Both the position numbers and the translations under genes were made by a program. Shown here piece after piece: positions 20,489-30,612 of a stretch of DNA of 64,000 bases. How positions within the stretch are numbered: the stretch's first letter is position 1; each line of letters opens with the position of its first letter. Source of the DNA: Flavobacteriaceae bacterium. Lineage in GTDB: Bacteria > Bacteroidota > Bacteroidia > UKL13-3. The notes beneath the pieces are model-generated. The model had not been told where the DNA came from and searched no databases. It worked only from the letters and a program-made list of their open reading frames with translations. Location: the NCBI GenBank assembly GCA_009693575.1, contig SHWZ01000006.1, positions 6,523-70,522 on the forward strand. The letters are read 5' to 3'.

Positions 20489-21372
20489 TGGAGCATATTG
20501 TGATACAAGAAACCGAACTTATCCTGAACTCTGACGGGAGTATCTACCATCTAAAACTAAAGCCGGGTGAAGTTGGCGAAACTATACTTCTGGTAGGAGA
20601 TCCTGAGCGAGTACCAGAAGTATCCAAACATTTTGACAAGGTGGAGCTAACCCGCCATTGCCGCGAATTGTTAACACATTCTGGGTATATTGGCTCAAAG
20701 AAAGTGACCTGTATTAGCACTGGAATGGGCACTGACAATATAGATATTGTGCTGAACGAATTGGATGCCCTTTTCAATGTTGATTTTGAAACGAGAAAAA
20801 TAAAATCTAATTTGACAAAGCTGAATATTATAAGGCTAGGAACCAGTGGCAGCCTGCAAGAAAGCATACCCGTAGACAGTATTTTGGTCAGCAATTTTGC
20901 TTTGGGTTTAGATGCGTTGATGCAATACTACGAGCATACTTTCGAAGATAAAAACACTAAGGAATGTTTAGACAAGTTTGCAAAAAAAATGCAGTTGCCC
21001 CTCCCCTATTTTGTAGCATGCTCAAATGAATTACTAGGGCTATTTCCTGAACTATTGGAAGGAGTCACTGCTACCTGCCCAGGCTTTTATGCTCCACAAG
21101 GAAGGCAGATTAGGGCTTCAACAAATCAATCTTCTAGCGAATTAGTTCAGGAATTAAACCAACTAAAAATAACTGTAGGAAATAAGATGCTTAATGTAAC
21201 CAATTTCGAAATGGAAACTGCAGGAATCTATGGACTAGCTAGGGTGTTGGGGCATGAAGCACTTTCCGTTAATGCAATTTTGGCCAATCGAATAACAAAT
21301 AATTTTTCACAAAATCCTTCCGCAACTATTGAGCGAATGATTCAAGTAGTTTTTGATAAATTATTTGGCTAG
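20488..21372 (+). CDS. Nucleoside phosphorylase (PNP/UDP phosphorylase family 1)
   Basis: ILLVGDPERV…GYIGSKKVTCISTGMGTDNIDIVLNEL fits the PNP_UDP_1 fold pattern. Confidence 0.6.
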   Translation: MEHIVIQETELILNSDGSIYHLKLKPGEVGETILLVGDPERVPEVSKHFDKVELTRHCRELLTHSGYIGSKKVTCISTGMGTDNIDIVLNELDALFNVDFETRKIKSNLTKLNIIRLGTSGSLQESIPVDSILVSNFALGLDALMQYYEHTFEDKNTKECLDKFAKKMQLPLPYFVACSNELLGLFPELLEGVTATCPGFYAPQGRQIRASTNQSSSELVQELNQLKITVGNKMLNVTNFEMETAGIYGLARVLGHEALSVNAILANRITNNFSQNPSATIERMIQVVFDKLFG

Positions 21373-21380
21373 AAGATTTA

Positions 21381-21959
21381 TTAATCTTCTAAATCGGTAA
21401 CGCCGCCACTAACGATGAATTGCATCATTTGGGCTGAGCGGCCTTCCACTGGCTTCACTTTATCTTTAGGCACCAAATAGAGATTGCCTGAAAAATTGTA
21501 AGAGTGTGGAAAATATACCGCCACAAACCCATCAATTTCAATAGAACTCAAATCCTTTTGCGTAACGAACCCTAGTTTCATGATACCAGTACTACTCATG
21601 GTCACCATCACTGGCTCTTTGAATTTTCGCTTTTCGCCAACAAAAGCCTCCATCATATCCTTCACCGAATTGTATATCATTTTAAGCCCTGGTGTGCGGC
21701 TCATTAGATCTTCAAAAAGGTCTAGAAATGGTTTTGACAACAGCCCTGTGCCTAAATAACCAAGCAGCGTGATAACTCCAATAACGATTGCAAAACCAAC
21801 GCCCGGAACAGGTATGTGTAGCAGGCCATCTAAAAACTCTAGTAACTTGTAGATTACATAAAAAGAAATAAAAATGGGCAGCACAAAAAGTAGCCCTTTC
21901 AGGAAGTAGTTCAATAGCCTACGAGAAATTGGCCGTTGGCGTTGGATAAGTTTTTTCAT
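21381..21959 (-). CDS. DUF502-family membrane protein
   Basis: N-terminal TM pair, about 190 aa, overlapping the truB start by 4 nt. This is a conserved Bacteroidota neighbour. Confidence 0.55.
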   Translation of the reverse strand: MKKLIQRQRPISRRLLNYFLKGLLFVLPIFISFYVIYKLLEFLDGLLHIPVPGVGFAIVIGVITLLGYLGTGLLSKPFLDLFEDLMSRTPGLKMIYNSVKDMMEAFVGEKRKFKEPVMVTMSSTGIMKLGFVTQKDLSSIEIDGFVAVYFPHSYNFSGNLYLVPKDKVKPVEGRSAQMMQFIVSGGVTDLED

Positions 21960-22684
21960 ATCATCGTGTTTTGAATATATATCAGATTGTTGGCGTTAGC
22001 CACTTTTTCTTTTAATCGTTCACTTTTCGAGGTGGAAATACCCCATAATTCTCTACGGGCATTTTCTACTTCAAATTCTCCTATTTTTTCTCGCCTGAGC
22101 GAAGTTAAGCAGGCTCCACAACCGAGTAAGTTTCCAATATCGTTGGCTAGTGTTCGAATATAGGTTCCCTTGCTACATCTTATCTTAAAATGTAATGTTG
22201 GAAGATCGATTTTTGTAATGTTGAATTCATGAACAGTTACCTGCCTTGGTCTTGCAGGAATTTCTTTGTCGGCACGTGCAAGTTCGTAAAGCCTTTTGCC
22301 TCCAACCTTCACTGCTGAATGTGCAGGGGGCTGTTGCAAAATTTCTCCTGTCAATTTTTGTACAGTTTTCAGTACCAATTCTTCAGTAATTTGCGATGTA
22401 TCCTTGCCGAATAATAGTGGCGTTTCAAGGTCATAACTCTCGGTTGACGAACCGAGTAAAATGCGGCCAGTATATATTTTTTCCTGACATTGAATCTGCT
22501 CTATTATTTTCGTTTTCTTTCCGGTGCAAAGTATCAATAACCCCGTAGCCAATGGATCAAGTGTACCTGCATGGCCAATCTTAGAAGGGTATACCAATTT
22601 TTTGAACTCATTAACTACCTCGAATGAACTATAATAAAGAGGCTTGTCAACTAAAATTAACTCGCCTTCATATTGAGAATCCAC
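21956..22684 (-). CDS. truB: tRNA pseudouridine(55) synthase TruB
   Basis: LILVDKP…GHAGTLDPLATGLLILCTG motif. Confidence 0.9.
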   Translation of the reverse strand: MDSQYEGELILVDKPLYYSSFEVVNEFKKLVYPSKIGHAGTLDPLATGLLILCTGKKTKIIEQIQCQEKIYTGRILLGSSTESYDLETPLLFGKDTSQITEELVLKTVQKLTGEILQQPPAHSAVKVGGKRLYELARADKEIPARPRQVTVHEFNITKIDLPTLHFKIRCSKGTYIRTLANDIGNLLGCGACLTSLRREKIGEFEVENARRELWGISTSKSERLKEKVANANNLIYIQNTMI

Positions 22685-22689
22685 TACTC

Positions 22690-23466
22690 CTACTTGATAA
22701 TAGCTGCGAAGAATATGAGACCAATAATTATTCGGTAGATGCCGAAATACCTAAATCCAATTTTTTGCACATACTTTATGAAAAAATTTACGGTAAGTAT
22801 TGCAATAATAAAGGATATAATATTACCATAAACTAAATAATCAACAGTTCCTGGTTTATCTGCTATTTTATTCCAATCGTGAAACAACTTGTAACCTCCT
22901 GCGATTGTGAGTGTAGGCACTGCTAGAAAAAAGGAAAACTCAGTGGCTTGCTTCCAATTTAACTTTTGTGAAAGCCCACCAAAAATGGTAGCCGCCGATC
23001 GAGACACTCCTGGAATTAATGCCAGACATTGGTATAACCCAATAATAAATGCTTGCTTGTAAGTAATAGGAGCTGATACATAGCTTTTATTTTTGTGGTA
23101 CCAATCATCCATGAACATCAGTACAATACCCACAGTAACAAGTGTGAAAGCAACTATTATAGGTACTTCAAGGGAGTCTACTATCAATGCCTTAAAAGTA
23201 AATCCTATAATTCCTGCAGGCACAAATCCTATAGCTAGTTTAATATAGAAATCGAACCCTGAAAAAAACTTCTTCCAAAACATGACCGGTATGGCCATTA
23301 TCGCCCCAAACTGAACAGCGATGATGTATGTATTCACTACCTCATTCTTGGTAGGATCCAAATGGAGGTAAAACTTAGCCATTAGCATGTGACCAGTAGA
23401 TGATACTGGGATGAATTCTGTTAGCCCTTCAATAATGGCGAGAATTATTGCATTAATTAAGTTCAT
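22690..23466 (-). CDS. uppP: Undecaprenyl-diphosphatase UppP (BacA)
   Basis: The N-terminus AIILAIIEGLTEFIPVSSTGHM is diagnostic. Confidence 0.9.
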   Translation of the reverse strand: MNLINAIILAIIEGLTEFIPVSSTGHMLMAKFYLHLDPTKNEVVNTYIIAVQFGAIMAIPVMFWKKFFSGFDFYIKLAIGFVPAGIIGFTFKALIVDSLEVPIIVAFTLVTVGIVLMFMDDWYHKNKSYVSAPITYKQAFIIGLYQCLALIPGVSRSAATIFGGLSQKLNWKQATEFSFFLAVPTLTIAGGYKLFHDWNKIADKPGTVDYLVYGNIISFIIAILTVNFFIKYVQKIGFRYFGIYRIIIGLIFFAAIIK

Positions 23467-23732
23467 TCTACAGTCTCCTTCTTTTTAGGCTTACGCATGA
23501 TAGCAAATATTTCGATCACAAATCCGGTTAACACCACAATAGGTGCTATCACCATTTTACGCGTGTCATATATGTTTTCACTTCCCGACATAAGCAGAAA
23601 GCCAAGGGCAATAACGCCAAGGCCAATGAACATGAGGCGAAAGTTTTCTTTGCCGAACACAAATTGAGGAGTACCTCCATTGGCTGGTTTTCCGCTTTTG
23701 GCAGAGGTTGTTTTAATTAGTTTTTTTTCCAT
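23463..23732 (-). CDS. DUF3098-family small membrane protein
   Basis: 89 aa with 2 TM helices. It sits between ftsX and uppP, as in many Bacteroidota. Confidence 0.55.
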   Translation of the reverse strand: MEKKLIKTTSAKSGKPANGGTPQFVFGKENFRLMFIGLGVIALGFLLMSGSENIYDTRKMVIAPIVVLTGFVIEIFAIMRKPKKKETVE

Positions 23733-23751
23733 TATTTGTTAGTGGGAAATA

Positions 23752-24624
23752 TCAATATAGGTCGTCGATGCGAGTGCGAAGGTACTTATGCGTAGCAAAC
23801 CAAGTGCAAATGCCGCTGATGAGAATGCCCGCCAATGAAAGAGCTAACAGTAGTCCTGCGAGGAGCCCAAGATTTATATTGCGTTGAAAAGCAGGCAACA
23901 ACACATCTAAATCAGGAACAAAAAGTAACAATAAGTAGCCAGTGTTAAAAACTAACAAAGCAGCAGCTATACCTGAATAGATGCCATTTTTGATAGATTG
24001 AATCAAGAAAGGACGAATGATAAAATTCTCAGTAGCACCCACCAACTGCATGCTTTTTATTAAAAACCGTTGGCTGAAAATATTGAGCCGAACCGTGTTG
24101 TTGATTAGAATGACCGCAATGATGGCAAAGAGCAGGCTTAGGCCAAACATCACAGGCTCAGCCACAGCAAAGTTTTTCTCCAAGTCGTAAAGTTCACTGT
24201 CTTGATAGCGGAGGTCAGCTACGGCTCTGCAGGTGGCTATCCTTTTCTTTATTTCTGCAATTTTTTCAGGGTTTGCTTCTTCTTTTTTTAGGTAGATTTC
24301 GTAGCAGGAAGGAAGCGGATTGTAGCCAATGTCTTCCACAAAGTCTTGGCCGAGTGCTTCCTTCTCGATGGCTGCTGCCTGTTCTTTATCAATAAAAACA
24401 TACCTGTTGACAAACGGGGCTTCCAATACCATCCGCTTGAATTCGTTAGTGATGTTTGCATCCACCGAGTCCCTCATGTAGACATTCATCACTATGTTTT
24501 CTTTGAGGTAGCCGCTGAGGTTGTTTCCCACATAAACCATGAGACCAAAAAGGGAAAACATGTACAGCACCAAGGCAGTACTGGCAAGCGAAATAAGAAA
24601 ATGGGTGCGTTTAGAGGCCGTCAT
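23752..24624 (-). CDS. ftsX: Cell-division permease-like protein FtsX
   Basis: 290 aa with an N-terminal TM helix, a periplasmic domain and 3 C-terminal TM helices. Confidence 0.8.
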   Translation of the reverse strand: MTASKRTHFLISLASTALVLYMFSLFGLMVYVGNNLSGYLKENIVMNVYMRDSVDANITNEFKRMVLEAPFVNRYVFIDKEQAAAIEKEALGQDFVEDIGYNPLPSCYEIYLKKEEANPEKIAEIKKRIATCRAVADLRYQDSELYDLEKNFAVAEPVMFGLSLLFAIIAVILINNTVRLNIFSQRFLIKSMQLVGATENFIIRPFLIQSIKNGIYSGIAAALLVFNTGYLLLLFVPDLDVLLPAFQRNINLGLLAGLLLALSLAGILISGICTWFATHKYLRTRIDDLY

Positions 24625-25062
24625 CTATTGGCTGCAAAGATAGGAATTAGCTATGTGCCACCACCACAGTAAAAGTTGAACTAATTGACGGGTCTGATGC
24701 TATGTGGTTCGTTCCACTCATACGGGTCAGGGTTTCTTTCGTTTTCTGCTCCTATTACTTTTTCTCAGTGCTGTTGGTAACATTTACTAGATCAAGCTTT
24801 TTATTCCAAAATTGAAATTGAGTAGCCATCACTGCTCCAAAAATCATTTTGCCATCGGCCGCTTCAAATCAAAAACTTAGCTTCAAAGTGGCCAAACTTA
24901 GCTAGGCTGTTCATTAAATCAGCGGACGAAATGATGGTTGAAAGCCACCACCAACCAATTAAATTTCGAGGAACAAAGACTCACATCTGTTTGTTGGCAA
25001 GAAAAAGCCTTGGCCCAGGTCGCTCATTGCTAAGAATTACGAGTAATCGGGTTGAACGCTCC

Positions 25063-25554
25063 TCAGTTTTTCTGCGTACCCATCAACGTAACCCTGAACC
25101 CGTGGGTGCTTTGGATGAAATTGGCGTTGGTAAAAAGTTCGGCACCGACGGCTAAATCCCTCAAAACTCGAAAACTGATACCAATGCTGCTGCTGAGGCC
25201 AATGGTAGGCACTATGGTGTTGTCCATGCGTCGGCCAACCATAAAGCCAGGCCCAACACAAATGTAGGGGATGGCCACCCGTCCCTTGTGCATGAGGCCA
25301 AAAGAGTAGTTGAAATTCCACAGACTACGAACGTAGGTGGGGCGAAAAGTGACATCGGCCGACAGCCGCTTGTAGAACTTATTTTTCTTGTTCACAAAAT
25401 TGTAGCCCCCGCCAAAGTTGAAGCCTTGCAAGTCGCGGTCGAAATACTTGTAGCCATAGCCGGCACCGAGCAGAAACCAATCGCCTTTGGCATTGTGCTG
25501 CCCGCTGCTTAGCAGAGATAAGGTGAGAATAGTTAGGAGGAGGAAGGCTTTCAT
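25063..25554 (-). CDS. Small outer-membrane beta-barrel protein (OmpW/OmpA-like porin family), 163 aa
   Basis: Internal start MKAFLLLTILTLSLLSSGQ of the listed 228-aa ORF. The sequence has alternating hydrophobic residues and ends …RVTLMGTQKN. Confidence 0.5.
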   Translation of the reverse strand: MKAFLLLTILTLSLLSSGQHNAKGDWFLLGAGYGYKYFDRDLQGFNFGGGYNFVNKKNKFYKRLSADVTFRPTYVRSLWNFNYSFGLMHKGRVAIPYICVGPGFMVGRRMDNTIVPTIGLSSSIGISFRVLRDLAVGAELFTNANFIQSTHGFRVTLMGTQKN

Positions 25555-25831
25555 AATTACAGTCGTTAACAGCCCCGCTGGGCATTTGGTTGCAAAGTAC
25601 GGGGTTCGCAAGCTGTCCGTTGGAAACACCTGCAGCACAACAACTACCCTCATTTCTTCGTCGCCAAGTCTATTGGAGCATAACATGAGCGATAGAGGTA
25701 CTCGGGGGTATGTGAGATGAAATGCTACAAAAGCGGTGAGTCTACCCATCCAACCCCGGCTGATTTGTAATCAGCCCGCATAAGACAGAGAGTTTGTAAC
25801 CCCGATGGATGCTAACGTTTGATACAACCCC

Positions 25832-26896
25832 TCACTTCTTCTTTATCGGTTTCATGGGCTGCGGCTGCGGCCTCACCAATGAGGCGGGCTTTTCTTCTAC
25901 CACTTTGGCCACTTTGCCATTGCCGCCACATAAAAATACCGTCTTGCCATTCTTGGCCTTGCGGGAGGCATGAAAGCCCTCAGTACTAATCAGCTTCCAC
26001 GAATTGCCAAGGTCGGGGCTTATTTCTGTTCCAGTTGGCCCTGTGCATAAGGCCCTTTTCTTGTCTATAAACTCCACACACGAGCGGTATCCCGCAGGCG
26101 GGCGGCTGCAGCGTTTCCAGTTCTTGCCGCCATCACGAGTGGCGAAGGCATTCGCAACAGTGTCTTTTTCTTGGGTGTAATCTCCGCCCACTATGATGCC
26201 TTGATTCATGTTGGCCATGGCTATGGAAAAGATGCCCTGCGATGGCTTGCCCTGAAGCATTGGGGTATTGTAAAAAGACCACGTTCGGCCAAAATCGCTC
26301 GACATAAATACCCTTGAGCTTTTGCCGCCCGTACTTATGAACACTAGGTTAGGCTTCACACAACGGATGGTAGTGCCGCTGGCCGCAAAACCTACTTCGC
26401 TGTCGTGTACAGGTGGGCAAATAAACGAAGGGAGGACTTGCCAAGTGGCACCACCTGTGCGGGTTTCCACCATCACCAAGCGACCATCTATCGGATCGCT
26501 AAAGGCAAGGCCGTAACGGTCATCCCAAAAATCCATGCCATCAAAGAATATCTTCGGGTCAGCGTTTTTGTAAACCTCCTTCCAGGTTTCGCCGCCATCC
26601 GCTGTTCTCAATATGTAGGCAGGGGTACTGGCGGCAACAATAACGGCAGTAGAATCATTAAAAGCCTCAATGTCGCGGAAGTCCATCTTCTCAAACTTGG
26701 GCACTTGAGTAAATGTCCAAGTGCGGCCACCATTCAGGCTTCGGCCTACGCTGCCCTTAGTGCCGCTCACCCACAACACCGAGTCGTCCACCACGCTTAG
26801 CCCTCTAAAGGAAGCATCGGAGCCGGTTTTCAGCAATTGAATTTTTTGAGCAGACAAAACTGTGGAGCAAAGCAGTAGGATTGTAAGGAGTCTCAT
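25832..26896 (-). CDS. Ycf48/HCF136-like BNR (Asp-box) beta-propeller protein
   Basis: Signal peptide, then repeated S/TxDGGxTW-like motifs (SLNGGRTWT, TADGGETWK, TRTGGATWQ, SSDFGRTWS, TRDGGKNWK). Confidence 0.55.
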   Translation of the reverse strand: MRLLTILLLCSTVLSAQKIQLLKTGSDASFRGLSVVDDSVLWVSGTKGSVGRSLNGGRTWTFTQVPKFEKMDFRDIEAFNDSTAVIVAASTPAYILRTADGGETWKEVYKNADPKIFFDGMDFWDDRYGLAFSDPIDGRLVMVETRTGGATWQVLPSFICPPVHDSEVGFAASGTTIRCVKPNLVFISTGGKSSRVFMSSDFGRTWSFYNTPMLQGKPSQGIFSIAMANMNQGIIVGGDYTQEKDTVANAFATRDGGKNWKRCSRPPAGYRSCVEFIDKKRALCTGPTGTEISPDLGNSWKLISTEGFHASRKAKNGKTVFLCGGNGKVAKVVEEKPASLVRPQPQPMKPIKKK

Positions 26897-26945
26897 TTCT
26901 ATTTGTTTAATAATTTAGGGATTGGTTAATAATCTCAAAACGTCT

Positions 26946-26964
26946 TTCCGAACTCGTTTCGGAA
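26946..26964 (-). terminator. Hairpin, putative terminator of the ferredoxin gene
   Basis: TTCCGAA-ctcgt-TTCGGAA. It is U-rich downstream on the minus strand. Confidence 0.35.
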
Positions 26965-27036
26965 TCTGTTTGATAGAGCTACTGAAACAAGATCAGCATG
27001 ACGAAGAGAGAAGTTTATTCTATATATTTTGGTATC

Positions 27037-27357
27037 TTATATCTTCCTTTCAAAATCCGTTAACACATATTCCTGCACCACGTGGCCGCCGACAATATGT
27101 TTCTCTACTATCTCAGCCATCTTTTGCGGGTCAAGGTTTTGGTAATATACACCTTCAGGATACACCACACAGGCTGGCCCAAATTCGCAAGCATCTAAGC
27201 ATCCTGATTTCTGTACCCTCACCTCTCCTTTCAAGCCTTTCTCGGAAAGCAAGCGGCGGCATTCTTTCACCAGGTCCATACCACGTTCTTCGCCACAACA
27301 TTGTTTGCCTTCGGCTTTTTGATTGGTGCAAATGAAGATATGATGGATATAACGCAT
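27037..27357 (-). CDS. Thioredoxin-like [2Fe-2S] ferredoxin
   Basis: Cys pattern CC…GCLDAC…C in a 106-aa protein, consistent with the 2Fe-2S thioredoxin-like ferredoxin family. Confidence 0.65.
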   Translation of the reverse strand: MRYIHHIFICTNQKAEGKQCCGEERGMDLVKECRRLLSEKGLKGEVRVQKSGCLDACEFGPACVVYPEGVYYQNLDPQKMAEIVEKHIVGGHVVQEYVLTDFERKI

Positions 27358-27462
27358 TTTTAGGAATTAGTAAGGTGAGTAAGTTGGTGAATATATAAAC
27401 TATTAGTGGATGCTTTGAACAATTGAATGTATTAATTCGGTAATGAAAACTGTTACTAGAAC

Positions 27463-28698
27463 TCAACCAATCAATATCCCTGCAATACAAGCTGAAAGAT
27501 AAGAAGCCAGTGTGCCGCAAAAAAGTGCTTTGAGTCCTAGTTTAGCAAGGTCGGCACGGCGGTTGGGTGCCAGTTCACCAATGCCGCCAATCTGCATACC
27601 TACGCTGGCAAAGTTAGCAAAGCCACACAAGGCAAAACTGGCTATGGCCTGGCTTTTGGCTTGCATCATTTCTTTCATAGGAATAAAATCAGAATAAGCC
27701 ACGAATTCATTTATCGTCAATTTTTTTCCCATCAAGGCAGCCACATTTTGCACATCCACTTCGGGCACTCCCATGCACCAAGCCATTGGGTAGAAAATAA
27801 ATCCAAACAACGTATCCAATGAATATCCTGGAGCTATTTTGCCAATGATATAGTTGATGAATGCAATCAGGCCAATGAAACCAATAAGCATTGCCACCAC
27901 ATTCAACGATATTTTCATACCATCTGCTGCACCGTGACTGATGGCATCTATCAAGTTGTTGTAATTGCTTTTCACCTGAAGTTTTACCATCCCCTTGGTC
28001 TCTGATTCTTCTGTTTCAGGAAATACAATTTTAGAAATAACCAAAGCCGCAGGAGCCGCCATGATGCTGGCCGCAAGCAGATAGGGAGCTTCCACCCCCA
28101 TGTTCACGTACACAATGAGAATACCGCCTGCGATGCAAGCCATGCTGCCACTCATACTGCTCAGCAGTTCACTCCTGGTCATTCCGTTCAGGTAAGGTCG
28201 TATCATCACTTGTGCTTCCACTTGTCCTACAAAAGCCGAGGCCACATTGCTCAAAGTTTCTGCCCCACTGGTTCGCATGATTGCATACACACCTTTGGAG
28301 ATAAGGGCAACTATTCGCTGCATGATGCCCAAATGATATAGCATGGCTACCAGCACGCAAACCAAGATAATTGTACATGGTATATTGAAGAAAAAAAGAA
28401 ACCCTTTACCGTTGCCGAAGGTGGGCTCCAACTTCCCCAAACTTCCTGGATCGGCCAAAGCCCCGAATACAAACTTGCCTCCTTCACGCCCAAAGCCTTC
28501 AATCTTTTCCATGCCCTTGCCTAACCATGCAAAAAACTGTTTGATGATATCCACTTTCAACACGAGCAAGGCAAGTAGGAGCTGCAAGGCAAGTCCGCTC
28601 AACACCAAACGGCGGTTAATTGATTTTCGGTTATTGGAAAAAAGATAGGCCAGCCCCAAAATGAGGATGATGCCAAATATGCCGGTGAAACGTTCCAT
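27463..28698 (-). CDS. NupC/CNT-family concentrative nucleoside transporter
   Basis: 411-aa polytopic membrane protein whose conserved segments resemble NupC. Confidence 0.75.
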   Translation of the reverse strand: MERFTGIFGIILILGLAYLFSNNRKSINRRLVLSGLALQLLLALLVLKVDIIKQFFAWLGKGMEKIEGFGREGGKFVFGALADPGSLGKLEPTFGNGKGFLFFFNIPCTIILVCVLVAMLYHLGIMQRIVALISKGVYAIMRTSGAETLSNVASAFVGQVEAQVMIRPYLNGMTRSELLSSMSGSMACIAGGILIVYVNMGVEAPYLLAASIMAAPAALVISKIVFPETEESETKGMVKLQVKSNYNNLIDAISHGAADGMKISLNVVAMLIGFIGLIAFINYIIGKIAPGYSLDTLFGFIFYPMAWCMGVPEVDVQNVAALMGKKLTINEFVAYSDFIPMKEMMQAKSQAIASFALCGFANFASVGMQIGGIGELAPNRRADLAKLGLKALFCGTLASYLSACIAGILIG

Positions 28699-29057
28699 GT
28701 TTTGGTTGGGGTATTTGTATTACTTGCCTCTTGTGGAGAGGTGTAGTGGTGAGGTCGAATCCGCCTCAAAGAAAGAGGCTTAGGGTTCATATTACCAAAC
28801 CTGATCTATTCCTAAGCAAAAGAATGCCTCTGACAAGTTGGCATTTGCAAATAGGCCAATCAGCCCTATATTGCCGTGGAATAGTTGAGGCAAAACCTTG
28901 ACGAAGCCAAAACTGCGAATACCGTTTTCCTAACTAAAATGAAGCCCGTAGCATTTCTCTCCTATACTCTCTTTGTACAGTTTTTACAGGCTGCGGCATT
29001 GAAGGCAAGTCCCCAAACGAACCTACCAAGAGTGCACTCAAAGCAAGGCCTGAAAGA

Positions 29058-29486
29058 ATGATTGAAGGCTTCACTTGGCAATCATTGGAGGATACAAATA
29101 GTTATTTTGTGCAATACATCGCATTGCCCAGAGTGAATAAAATTGACTCGAACCGAAAGAATAAAGAAGTAATTGATTTTGTAGAAGCCCAGCATGTAAT
29201 GAAATATGAATTGACTAACACCGAAGAATATTTTTTACTTCACCTTCTTACGGATAGCAACAGTTTCGAACAAGGCGATTGTGGTACTTTTTGGCTTGAA
29301 GGGGGCTTTGTTTTTTACAAAAATGAACAACTGGCTGGTTACATAGACCTTGGCTGCGGCTATAGTCAGTGGTTATTTCATCCTGAAAATAAGTTGACAA
29401 GAACGGGCAATCTCAACGAGCATGGCTTCTGGAAAATACAAGCTCTGCTCGATAATATTAACAAGCGAAAAAGTGAACAGCCTTAA
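29058..29486 (+). CDS. Hypothetical protein (142 aa), no recognisable domain
   Basis: ORF with good codon usage. A 40-aa signal-peptide-like ORF at 28939-29061 in another frame ends ATGA on this gene's start. Confidence 0.45.
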   Translation: MIEGFTWQSLEDTNSYFVQYIALPRVNKIDSNRKNKEVIDFVEAQHVMKYELTNTEEYFLLHLLTDSNSFEQGDCGTFWLEGGFVFYKNEQLAGYIDLGCGYSQWLFHPENKLTRTGNLNEHGFWKIQALLDNINKRKSEQP

Positions 29487-30243
29487 CGAAAAGAAAGAAG
29501 CATTTGCCCGGCTGTTGGGCATCATGGACGAACTGCGGGAAAAATGCCCATGGGATAAAAAGCAGAGCATGGAAAGTTTACGCCACCTTAGCATTGAGGA
29601 AACTTACGAACTGGCCGATGCCATATTGCAAAAGGATACCATAGAGATAAGAAAAGAACTTGGCGACCTGCTGCTGCACATCGTTTTTTATGCACGCATA
29701 GCCAGCGAAACAGGTGATTTTGACATTGCAGACGTGATACATGCCCAATGCGACAAACTCATCAATAGGCATCCGCATATTTATGGCGATGTGTTAGCGG
29801 AAACCGAGGAACAGGTGAAACAGAACTGGGAACAGATAAAACTGAAAGAAGGCAACAAATCAACGCTGAGTGGTGTGCCTGTGAGTATGCCCTCATTGGT
29901 GAAAGCCATGCGGATGCAGGAGAAAGCTGCTCAGGTAGGTTTTGATTGGGAAAACAAAGACCAAGTGTGGAGCAAAGTGGACGAGGAACTGGCAGAACTA
30001 CGCCACGAGCTTGACACCAACAGCCCAAAGGCCGAAGAAGAATTTGGGGATCTGTTGTTCGCCTTGGTGAACTATGCCCGCCATAGCGGCATCAACCCCG
30101 AAAGTGCGTTGGAAAAAACCAATATCAAGTTTCGTAAGCGTTTTATGTATATAGAAGAGAAAGCAAAAGAAAACGGCAAAGTGCTTACTGATATGAGCCT
30201 AGAAGAGATGGATGCTTTTTGGAATGAGGCAAAAATGCTCTGA
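29473..30243 (+). CDS. mazG: Nucleoside triphosphate pyrophosphohydrolase MazG; GTG start inferred by alignment to the MazG N-terminus. The ORF is open from 29422
   Basis: …LLGIMDELREKCPWDKKQ…EETYELADAI matches the MazG N-terminal domain. It has a second EEFGDLLFALVNYARH repeat. Confidence 0.8.
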   Translation: MNSLNEKKEAFARLLGIMDELREKCPWDKKQSMESLRHLSIEETYELADAILQKDTIEIRKELGDLLLHIVFYARIASETGDFDIADVIHAQCDKLINRHPHIYGDVLAETEEQVKQNWEQIKLKEGNKSTLSGVPVSMPSLVKAMRMQEKAAQVGFDWENKDQVWSKVDEELAELRHELDTNSPKAEEEFGDLLFALVNYARHSGINPESALEKTNIKFRKRFMYIEEKAKENGKVLTDMSLEEMDAFWNEAKML

Positions 30244-30612
30244 GCAATGAAAAGCAGAGTGGGTTGGCGGGAGTTTTTCAAGCGGTGGATTTAAGGCTGT
30301 TAGGTTTCTATTTTTTTGCTCCAATACAATGTATCACTAATTGAACTAAACCCTTTCTTCTACTGGATTTTGCTACAATTTATTTTATGATATCAAATTC
30401 ACTGACTTTTAGAAAAAGTAAATTCGGGTGGCAAACTGACGGCAGACAAGGATTTTTTGCTGAGTTGGCTGAGTAATTGACCTAAATCGTATGTTGAATA
30501 GCCCTCAATATTCTTACAAATTAATAGGTTAGAAAAAATAAATAAAAGAGACACAACCTTTAGCAATTTTATTCCATCTTTGCTACTGAAAAAGCTTTAA
30601 CCTAAAACTGTA

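Noticed and set aside
28740-28790. tRNA-like segment containing GGTCGAATCC
   Set aside because: A 7-nt T-loop with a 5-bp stem, a D-arm and an acceptor stem cannot be assembled. It is probably fortuitous.
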